Assembly (NCBI GenBank): GCA_977030845.1
Contig: OZ365115.1
Span: 17,236,001 to 17,300,000 of the forward strand
DNA length: 64,000 bases
Direction: 5' to 3'
Source of the DNA: Fimbriosthenelais zetlandica
Lineage: Eukaryota
Position numbers and translations under genes: made by a program. Shown here piece after piece: positions 38,301 to 50,300 of this stretch. How positions within the stretch are numbered: the first letter of the stretch is position 1; every line of letters begins with the position of its first letter. Under the pieces are notes generated by a model. It searched no databases. It was not told where the DNA came from and saw only the letters and a program-made list of their open reading frames with translations.

Positions 38301-41300
38301 AGTGCTCTTGTGCGATGCGGAAGGCAAAATGAATGTGATGTGTATATATATAATAAGAAACCAGTGCAAAATCTAAATCCTATATTCGAAAAAAAAGTTT
38401 GGGATTGCAACAGCTATTGGGACAAAAATCACCAGAAAAATTCACCCAAAATAATCTAGCCTTTGATGGGGTCCCTGAAAAATTTGGGTGGTAGGTGGTT
38501 TGGGCCAAAATTGAGTGAATTTTGTGGGGGGGTTTTTTGTAACAAAAAAAAAAAAACAACAGCAACTCAGATTATACTTTCTTCGTCAGCTCTGAACACA
38601 AGATGGGTTAATCTGGCAAGCAATAATTCCCATGACAATTGACACATAATAATGTGGGTTCCAGGCAACACATGGGCAACACCAAGTACAGAAGCAACAA
38701 TCAGCACACCAGCATGACAAATAATATGCTTCTTGGTCGTCATACGGATGACTTAAAAGACATCACTAACAAAATATAAAGATAATGGTTACTTACATGG
38801 ATTGCCCATGGCCATTCGGAAGGACTGTTTGCTACCACACAGATCATTATTAGCTTGATCCAGTTGTCGAGGCGGTGGCGGTAATGAACGTTCGGTTGGT
38901 ATTTGTGGCAGGTTACGGCCCCGTTGACTGACTACACTTCCCGTCTCCGTCTCGCTCCCACTTCCACTTTTCCGGTCGTGACCATTTTTGTCTTTTCTTG
39001 ATTGGCTACCTCCTGAGGCACTACTCCCTGAAAATCGAAGATAATGTACTGATTTGAAAACCAAGCTACCACATACATCTCCCTTTTTCTTTATTTGAAA
39101 AAAATTAAAACTCTGCAAAACAGTTTGCCCCAGATTGGAAAATCCTTATATCAGAAGGATTTCATTTTCCCTAGATAAAAACCAGAGGTTAATGCTATTT
39201 CTAAGAATTAAAATCAAATCTCAGAAGGTTCAATTCATGCTAAATTTATCCAGGCAATGAAAGAACTTCTAGTACTTTTGGAGCAAAAAACGGCATAAAA
39301 TGACATAGGCTGATTATAATTGCTTAAATTTATGATTGGAAAATTAACTCGTATAGCTACAACTAAAGGGATCCTTGCATGCATCAAAACCCCAGGAGAA
39401 GTCAAATGCTCATACACCCAATGTAAATGCATCACCACAAAGTCAATATAGATTCATAAAGGTTTACACCCATAATAAAAAGAACGAAGGTATCATGCAA
39501 TGAAAATGCACAGAAGAGTAGGGCTCTTACAATCAATTCTACAAATCATTTATCCTAATCTTGAGCTAATCCCAAACGGATCTATTTCCATAAGGTATAC
39601 TCTCAAAGGCTGAAATTCCTTTCAGACATATGGAATCAACTGATGAAAACAACTCAGGACCTTATAAGATGTTACCTAAGTGAAAATCATCCAAGCGAGC
39701 GGTTCATTCATTCTTGAGTGTTCATGCATTCCTTAGCATGGATAATAATCAAATCTTAAAAAAGACTGAGGAGAAAGAGGTGGGGATTGAACTTACCTCC
39801 TTTCAGCAGCATGCAGGGGCATCTACATTTTGAACATCTTAACTATCATAAACCAAACTGTGCCTTCCTTTTAAATGAAACTCATCCACGCAAACTTCCA
39901 AACTTCTTAAAAACATACCAGTGTCTGCGGACGGGTTTAAACCCCTTACCCTCCGACAACTACCTGTTAAGCCCGACATCCACTGTACGATCTTTGAGGG
40001 CACCGATTTTTGTGATCGGCAAAGATCAAAATAAAATCTTTACGGAACTTTTCTGTATTGATTTGCTATTGAAAAATCGGCGCCGGTCCCAAGATTTTGG
40101 CATCCACCAGCCCGATCATCGGAACGGATCTTTTTGGTGGGTCCCTTAAGATCGCAAAATCGGGATGGAAATCGGGCTGGTGGATGTCGGGCTTTTAAAA
40201 TCCTTCTTTAAAACACATGATCATCACCCATTTGAAGCAAACATGGCCATGCCCACCTGCCCTCCCACAAAATGTGCCATCTGTTCTCCATCCATTGCTA
40301 GCACGCAGACATCCATGTAGAAAAGAGCTTCATGTGGCACAACTCTCCAGTACCACAATGGCTTGACACCCACCTGAGGAACCTTCCGAGTAAAAGGCCA
40401 TGGCAGATATGCCAATCTCCACATCTGACACCCTGTCTTGGCTTGGTTCCTTAAGCTGCACTCCTTGCTTACTCCCTTCCACACCGCTATGCTGGTGGTC
40501 TGCACTTGACTCCTTTTTGCAACCTGAGTCCAAAGGGCAGCGTTTTTTTTTCACAGCTTGGTCACAGTCCTTGTTGGGCTTACTTTCCTTGGTACTAGAC
40601 TTTTTTTGACTGCTGTTATTGTTCATTTCTGGGGGTGCTAATTTGACTAGGGGTCGTTGTGATTTGCCTAGTGCTGGACATTTCCAGAATGGTAGACAAA
40701 GTTCAAGGCAGACCTCATGAGCAACGGTCAGGTCAGTGAGTGCTTGGAGCGATGAGGCAACTCCAGGAGAGAAAGATAAAGATTAATATGACACCACACA
40801 CCGGGACGAAGGGAGCTTACTGCCAAATCAGTATTGCAACTTGAACGATTTTGACAATCAATTTTTGGGTTAGAAAACCCATTATTTGGCCAGAAAAATG
40901 TTTCAGTATTGCATCTTGAACGATTTCGACTATCAATTTTTTGGTTAGAAAACCCATAATTTGCCAGAAAAAGGTTTCAGTATTGCATCTTGAATGATTT
41001 CGACTATCAATTTTTGGGTTAGAAAACCCATTACTTTGCCAGAAAAAGGTTTCAGTATTGCATCATTTTGACTATCAATTTTGGGGTTTGAGAAACCTAT
41101 TAATTAGCCAGAAAAAGGTTTCACAATAAAAAAAACTCCTGAAAATGTAGCCTAAATGGGCCATGCCTACCCAAGGAGATATCAGTGGCCTACTCCTAAC
41201 AGCAGCTCCCTTCTACCTTAGAGTAACATTTCACTCTAAGCCTCTACAGACTCTGAACACATGATAATGGTAAGGCAAAATCAGCAAACCAAGACATGTT

Positions 41301-44300
41301 CTCACTCGTTCAAAAAGCAACACTGACTTGGAGCATAATTTGCTTAAATCTGCCATGATCACAATAGAACTGAACACCAACTGAAAAAGAAGAAATAAGA
41401 CAAAGGGGAAGGGAACTGAATGGGAGAGGGTGGACTGTTTATATTATAGTTAGTTGGTGATCGGGGGGTTGATTCCTTGTAAAAATAAAATCTCTGAAAA
41501 TAAAGGACTCGAAATCCTCATGTTATAAAAGGATTACTTCAGAGATCGTTATAGTTTATCAAGGGGGCTTATCAACTATCGCTAATCAACTTGTCAGGGG
41601 AGAATTTTTCACGGATTGGTCTAAATATGATCCAATAAATTTCAATGTCCCCAACCCATCTAATGGGATCTGACATTTGGTCTGTGATCTGAGAGTTGCA
41701 AAAGTGGCAGCAATGTGCTTTGTTTCCCATGTGACAAATCAGGCCTGATGACAGAGAAAAGGAAAAGTTGCACAAAGCCAACTGAATTAAATTTGTGTGT
41801 GAAGGCTTAATAGAAAAAAGCCTGATGGATTCAGGATTTTCTGTTTGAAATCGAACTGATCTTGGCTTTGTGTAATCAGACCTTTGGAGCGTGAATCATC
41901 ACAAGGACCATCAAAGCATCCAACTCTACAAGAATACGAAGCTGCGATCTTCGGCTTGTTCATATGGTTGGCATAATAATTGGTTGTGGTTGTAGGTTTG
42001 TTGATAAGGGGATAAATTAGCAGTGAGGGGGTATAGCATCAATAGCAGCAGCAGCATCAGCAGCAGCGGAAATTCTACGCCAGAGAAAAAAAAATCATCG
42101 ATTTTTGGGTCTGTCAAAGTGCACATACACCATCACTTACTGAATAAAACACAGTACATATCTATCCACTGCACAACAAATTTCCGAAGAAATTTTGCTA
42201 GGTATATATATATATACACTAAGTCGAGTTTTTTTTTTCGCAATGAAAATTACAAGATAGATCCCAGGGCTGGGAGAGGTTGAGTAAATACGTGTCTAGG
42301 ATACAATGGTAAAGGTCAGAAGAAAGGCAATCAAAAGTCAAAATGTGCCTGAACATAGAATTACCTGAGAATTCAATGGTGTATCACGACCATATATGGG
42401 GTTAGCTTGTAATGCAATTCTTGCCTACAACAAACAATTTGTTTTTCAGATCAGATTTGTAGCCTTTTTCTTCGTCTGTTGTTTCCTCAAGCAATGTAAA
42501 TCCAAAAATGTAAGCACGGGAACAAAAGATCAAATAAAAGATGACAGTATCAAAACGTTTCATCAGCATCTTCTCGTGGTGCGTCAGATGCGTCAGCGTG
42601 GATTTTTGCCAAACAGCCAAGTGAGTGAGAGTGTGTGTGCATGAGAGGGACAATATTAGAACTAGATTATGACGAGGACTGGATTAAAAACGATCACACA
42701 TGTACACAAATATCTGATGAGGTACGCAGAGTTTGGGGTTAAAACATGCATCATTAGGATATCGCCATAAGCCACCCCTTTCTCTATGACATTATCGTTC
42801 TTGCAATGCATTCATCATTGCTTTCGGACAAAGCATAAAGAATAATTTAATTGGGTTACTTGTAATAATGGCATATACCTGTGACTGACCATATTTTGGT
42901 TTCAATCTCCTATGATACAGGGTTATTCAATTCAACAGCGATTTTCAACCAATGACTGATTTGTGATTCCTGGCCCAACCAATGCTTCAAGTGCAACCAA
43001 TAAATATTGGTCCGAGAGTGGGAGAGAGTATTAGGGTACGAAGGGCCTTGATAAATATAGAAAGGACAAATGCGTGCAAGCAAGGGAGTAAACAGACAAA
43101 CCCCGGGTGATGTAGACAAGTCAAGGTAGTTGAAAGTCCAACTATTAAAGGGGACTAGTAGTAGAAGTTTATAGAACTACTTACCTTGATAGTAACAGCA
43201 AGGTGATAGAGAACTGTCTAGATTTAAAGGTCTAAAGAATCTATCATTCATACATACATACCTTACATCACTAGAGCGTCACTGACTTATGCTAAACGCA
43301 ACTAAAAGGTACTCTCAACACAGAGAAGATATGCAGGGCCTGCCATGTTATGTGATTGGGTATACCAAAACAAGTCCAGCAAAATGGATTGGTAATAGTT
43401 GTTTCCCAATATCTTTAGCAGTTGGTGATCAATTTTTAAGCCTGGAGTGTTTGGTCGGGAATTGGCAGGCCCTGATTACACTCTAAGAAGGCCTTAAAAA
43501 AATAGTTGTTTTCCTTTCAGTTTTTGTACTTTAGCATGCTTTGTTATCCTTCTTTTCCCTTTCATCTTTAGATACCAAAATCGAGAATTAAACATGGGAC
43601 ACTTAGGCTAAACAACTGTCAAGTTAATGAATTAAAGTTAAGTTGGATTTCACAACGTATTAATTGTCAGGATTTCCGTGATTAATTATTCTTATAAATT
43701 AATCTCTGACGAATACTGACACCACAGCCTGTGATCTATCACCAAAACCTTATCTAAAAAATATTGTTAATTGAAAGGCGACTAATTTTGCGTGTGCTTT
43801 GAATGTGTTATTTGCCAAGTTTTTTTTTTTAAAACCCCAACTACTTATTTTCTAGAACCGTGTGAGACTTATTCACTACCGTCGCAGGATGAGCCAGGCA
43901 GAAGTTTTTTGAGTAATCTGATATTTTGATTATTCCAAATTCAAGAAATGGATTTTAGTAATTTTGAAAGAATGTATTATTTTTCCCCAGCTTTTGAGAT
44001 GGCAGTTGAACAAGCAGATGTTATATCTGATCAAGTTGATCGACCCCAGAGGATTTTTTGGAAATGGGGGGTAGTAAAAGAATCTGAATCATAAGGTGTA
44101 AATGGTGTCACAACTTTCAATCCTATCCATTTAAATGTCACAACAATTCAGTACTTCTCGCTCGAGTCCACTATCATTATTTTGTATCAACTAAAACTTG
44201 GAGTAGGGGAATTATTATTTGTCAATCCAGTGAGCAATTATTTAGCTATCACAGGACAAGGAAACACGCTGTCGACACACAATGGCCGACACAATGTTGT

Positions 44301-47300
44301 ATGCTATGGTTATTTAACGTCACTTTCGGCACAATGTTGTATGGTATGGTTATTTAACGTCACTTTCAACCATTTTTCAGTTATATCATGACCAATGCCG
44401 ACGCATTGCTCAAATGGAGGGCATCATGTTCAGTCAAGAACTTCTAAAATACCTAAAAAATTAACACCATTTTTAGTTAGAATTTTTATAGAGCCATATT
44501 ATTGGTGAATCCAGCTCATACTCATTCAAGTTGATTCAAGTTTTACGTATGCTTTTCAGCTGGGGGCTCTTTTTCAGTATTATTGAGCGTGAGAGGGAGA
44601 GAAACCATAGTGAAGTAAATAACATATATATATTGTCCATTAGAAGACCACAGATGTGCAACCAGCACCACCAGTGATCCTCCGGTTATAAAAGAAACTA
44701 ACCTTCAAAGGTCACAACAGTCTGAAAGAGGTATTCTTCACGTTCATATCAAGAAAATATTCTAAGAACGTTTAGTACAGAACTATTTCAGAACACAATA
44801 ATAAAGTTAAAACTGCGAGACAGACGTTGGACTGACATGTTTTGAGATTGACTGATGGATGTTTTTTTTGTGACAGGGATTACGTGACGAGACATTTTGA
44901 TATAAATATAAATACTGTGGAGGGAGGTGCTTGAATGTAAGTGAAGGGAATTGACAAGACAAGGGACAAGAATCTGATATAATGAAGAGTGAATGGGACA
45001 CTAAACGCACGGCCTACAATTTGATATAATACAATGTTGTCAGTTGACTTTGTTCCAGCATTAGGTTCAAGGACAGCCATGCAATGACCACAGAACTAAA
45101 TCTAAACTTAAAACTCAAAAACCAAATCTAAACCCCATCTGTAACATAACTAGTCTAGGATATATATTTACATGCGATCACAAACCCAAAACCCACAACT
45201 GAACCACACTTGGCATGCACTGAAATAATGTTTCTTCGTCTAAAGAACACATTTAAACTAATTTTTCACACACATAACATGCATACTGGGACGGGTATTA
45301 AGCCTAAAGACCTGCATTTTCAGCACTGATTTTGAATTATTAACAGGGTACAAATATTGACTAAAAAGAATGGGAAAAATAACATGACAGAATCTGGGGC
45401 AAACGAGCAATAACTGATAATATATAGAAAGAACATAAGATGATAAAAGAGGCAGAGTAACTCAAGAAAATCACACAAATAGATAACAAATATTTTTAAA
45501 AATATATTGTATCTCTTAAAATCCACAACACATCCCTCAACAAAATTTTTTACAATAATTTTCTGTTGTTTTTTCATGTCAAAAATACTGATTGCTTTTC
45601 CTTTTCCTGGCTCAAATCTTGATCACAATAGCTTAAATTTTCCACTATAACTTTCCGAGTTTAAAATCCAAAGGTTAGGCCATCTTTCTGAATATTTTGA
45701 TGTCTAAAATTATCAAAATGTTTCCCTTTTTTCCAATTCAAATATTCAGACAAACACGCATAGCTTCATACATGACATAGACCTATTAACATAGAAAAGC
45801 ATGCGTACGGAGGGAATGATTTGGATTGAAATTGACCAAAAAACAACAACAGAAACATGCATTCCCCTAGACGAGGGTCATATATATAATGCAGATAGAT
45901 TCTCAATTTAAAGCTATGACATATAAAGGAGATATGTGACGTCAGAGCTGGAACAAAGAACTGACGTCATTGCTTGACCACCCATAGAGAGATACAGATA
46001 TAGATATATATATGTGTGAAAGCACGTTATGATTATACTATTAACACAGGACTTGTAAGGTCGATCAACCACTGACATAGGGGGTAAATACCGAGTAGAA
46101 ATGAAAATAATCTATATTATGATGAGGAATAGTGAACCAATATATCAAAGCCCAAGGAAATCTACCAACCCGTACTACTACTTGTACTCCTGTCAATTTC
46201 GTCAAAATATGGCTGCATTGGATGGAATCCGCCATTGTTTTGTAGCGTTTCTTTGTCTTTAATCTCCCAAAGCTTGCGTATCTGTTTATACGTGTGACTA
46301 ACTATACAAGCACAAGATTTTTCGCGTTTTGCTACAAAGACAAAAGGGAAAAGAAAACACACATGAATGAATCAGCATTGCATACAAGGGGGAATGCCCG
46401 GAGTGGGATTCCCCTCTGTACTGTCATACCATAGCTTAATGGAGTCGGATCTGACATGGATTCGGGGCCAGATCCGATTCGGCGCCCCAATCTTCCCCAT
46501 TAAAACAAATTAGTGTCTAACTGTGACAAATAAAAGCACATAATAATATCCTACAACTGAAAAATTCTTTATAGATACCATGATAGGCCTAGGTCTACTT
46601 TTCTCCAGTGTTGGGTTAGGGAGGGGATAAAAAATAACATACAACTAAACGAAAGAAAAAGCATCACAATAGGTCAAAATGCAGTGTGTTTGAAACTAAA
46701 AGAATACACAGAAAGCAGATATAATCTTGGGTGTTTAAAAGAATGATCATGCCAGAATAATAATGAGAGTAGATTATTATTTTTAGTTATTTTCTCAATC
46801 TAGCCAAGTCATGCAAGGATGATTGAGGTGGGATGTGATTGGGGAGAAGCGAGTTTGAACGCTCAGTCCATGCTGACGACATAACCCTGCCATTGCAGGA
46901 GGTTTGTCTTTAGGAGCGGTTGCAGAAATAGAGTCAATTGGAGGGTTAATAATTTGGAGGCAAAAACATATACAATGTATATATGTAGGGTTTGCTTATT
47001 ATCATGTCAGACAGCAGTGGGATTAATCAATCTGTTATTAGGTGGCTCGATTTTCAATGGTTATTATATGCTGATGTGAATCGGGAACATTGTTGCCAAT
47101 CTTGAGCAAACTTAGCAGATACCGCAACCTCGGGTTTAGATGCTACGTCAGAATAGTACAACAATGGGTCATGACAACAAAATCCCTTGCTTCATAAAAT
47201 AAAGTTATCCAAACTTTAATAAGTGAATTTCCTAAAAAATTAAGTATATTTCCTATTCATTTTTAACCAATGAATTCAATATTTACTGCGTTATTTGATG

Positions 47301-50300
47301 AGGAACCACCGTTTAATTTTGAATTCATAATTTAAAATATTTATCAAAAATAGAATATTAAATGATAAGAAGGATAATAACGTTCTTGGCTTTACAACTA
47401 ATACATATATGACATTGGTAACTGAGGCGAAGAAGAATAATAACTTAAGATGAGATACTGTTGGGAGCAGAAAAAAGATCAATTTTCATTGATTAAATTT
47501 CCGCATCCTTCAGTTAAATGATAGGAAATCAAATAGCACCATATTCTGTCTCAGGGCGATTCCCGATTAAAGGAACGTACTTCTTTAATTCAGAAGTTTT
47601 TGAGTCGGTTTTAAAAAGATTTCATTTCTTACTATCACAAGTAAAGAAAAGCTCAAAAGTGTCAGTTTTTGTGTCAGTTTCAAAAAGATTTCTTTTCCTA
47701 CTTTCACTTGCAAGCAAAAAAAAACATTTTTTCCCAATTTACATATAAAAATATTATCAGTAATGTACAATACCCTATAAACCTGTGAGGTGAAAAAGAC
47801 TATTTTTTGGTTTGACTGTATCCCCTGAGACAGAGAGATGCGTCGATAAAGAAATGAAAATATAAGGCCACAAAACTGGTACGTACGTGTCTGCGACTCA
47901 CCTGAGCCCGAGTGAGCACTGCCCGCACTACCATTACCCCCCGGCATGCTCACATAGGACGCCGTGTCGTTGGGGAAAGGTCCAACGATTGGCTTTGGTG
48001 GAGGAGCATAATTCTGAAACATGAAAAATTAGGTTAATAGAAAAATAGGCCTATACATGCAGTTCTCACGAAATGGGTGCATGGTGGGGTCAAAAGCATC
48101 ATTTTACTAAGTTCATTTAATTTGTCTGTATTGAGTTTTATATTGAAGACCATGTTTTGCTCTATAACTGGTGAAATTTGCTACTGGATAAGGGGTCTTA
48201 TTTTTTCACAACAGCAGGTTTAATGTAGAGACCTCTTTTTTTGGTCTCTACATCGCCATTTCAGTTTACCACCAAAAAATGAGCTATAAAAAAGTTCTAA
48301 TCAATATATTGTTCCTCCTAGTCACTCGTAAGTTTAAAATAGACCTTATCTTACACAAATAACGCAAATCCCCTTAAGTTTACACAAATTTTAGCCAAAA
48401 TAAAATGGGCAAAATCATTAAGATGTCATTATAGTTCCAAAAAATTATGAAATGCTATCTTTCAAATAATATGCTGTGCAGAGAAGTACAGAGAGGTCGG
48501 TTGCGGTCACTTCTAGGGAAAGGTGAATGATAGACCTTTCCAGCAAGGGAACCCCCACCAATGGCCTTCAACAATTATATTCGATATACCAAGTGCAAAA
48601 TGGCAACGTAGAGACCAAAATGACAAATATTGAATAAGATTAAGATTAAGAAATTTTGTAATTTCCAGAAAAAACACTTTTTTACACACAAACTTAGCAA
48701 TAAGTTTATCTATAATGTTTTGGAGAGAGGGGGCTACCTAAAATCTGGATAAAACTTACTACTATACTGAAAATTTATCTTGTTGCTAATAGATCATGGA
48801 GACAAATAGAGATAAATGTTAATTATATAAATTATCCTTGAATATTAATTATTTTTTTGTTATAACAGGGCAAGAGACTCTAGTAAGCAGATCTTTTCCA
48901 AAGTTTTTCATCATCTGCCCTAAGTATTTTTTTTACTAGAACCAGATATGGACTGGGCAATGTAGAGACCAAAAAACGATGTAGAGACCAAAAAACAATA
49001 TAAGTCCCTAAGAACTCCTTTCTCCTTTAAGACTTGCATTATGAATCTTATTTTTTAAGAACATATGCTACAAATATGTTATTTTATATTTTTAACTTCT
49101 AGTAATCATATGGAAAAAGGGTTTAATCAGAAATGCCAGTTACTCTGAGAGCCAGTTATGTTTTTATGAACTAGCCTTAATGTAAGGCTCACGGGAACAT
49201 TTCCATGACAACTTTGGGGGCAGAACTGTGCATTGGAAGGAAGATAGAAAGTCAATATACTGTTCTTAATCTTTCAAAACATCATTCAATGCGACACACT
49301 TTCTAGAAACACCTTCATAATGAAGTGGTAACTACATCGTCGAGACAAGGTAGTTACCACTGGTACCTACATTGCCCGTCCTTTAGCAAGGATTACATCA
49401 GAACATATCTTCATTTAATGTTGTTATTTGGTCACAACATTGGCACATCTTGGCACATCAATATAAACTTGGTTTGAGAAGATCTTTAAAGGTTAGAGCT
49501 GTTCAAACTGTATCTATGACATGGTCTCTACATTGCTATTTGGTCTCCTACGTCACCATGACGGTTTTGAGAGATGATTCACAAAAATCTTGGGAAAATT
49601 AGTTGGTGAAGTGCTTCATCAGTGTCGGACATTAAGAGGAGATAAATGGTGTGCTAAAGATGACACTGTTTACTCAAAACACAGGAAAGAACTGGTGACA
49701 ATGTAAAGACCAACTATTTGGTCTCTACGTTTTTCAGTTTTTCACAAATAAATAGGAGGGAGATTGCACAAAGGACTTGGAACCAAATGGAGGTTGAAGA
49801 CCCATGTAATGCACAATTTTCCAAAGGTTTTTTATATTATAATATCCAGAAGCCTTTTCAGGCGCCAAGGGAAAGCATGACAACGTAGTTACCAACACTT
49901 TTTAGCCAGATCAGACTTGTGTGTGCAAAAGAAGCTCTGCTGATTTTAGTGCTGGAGATACAATTTTTTTTACTGATTTATGCTATTATTAACAGATGTA
50001 GTGCTTGAATGCACATAAGAGGAAAGTGAATAGGCATTTGTCACTTCATTTTATCTGGAATGGCATTCATGGCTATGTAGAGACCAGTGAATTTTTGCCA
50101 AGACTAAATGAACCACAAAAAATTAATCGTGACTAAATTCCTTTCATTTTCTGCATAGTAATTTAGCATAAAAGCTTGCGCATCTGTTTGTACCAATTTT
50201 GGATGGAAAAATATTGAATATATTTTTATTTTATTTTTCAAAATAAAAGTCCATTTAAATAAATGGCAAAAAAACGATAGTTTTCCGGGAATATCTCTGG

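Noticed and set aside
38429-38445. Minus-strand gtgaatttttctggtga (CEFFW*-like) as the missing Dvl tail
   Set aside because: No AG acceptor in the required position, and it ends in W* rather than VDVM
45320-45393. Phase-1 acceptor followed by [24 protein letters not shown]
   Set aside because: Only 24 codons in T-rich sequence; not distinguishable from chance
47585-47901. Long read-through extension of the 47902-48013 exon frame (145-aa ORF)
   Set aside because: A strong gtgagt donor is present and the extension has intron-like F/L/K-rich composition
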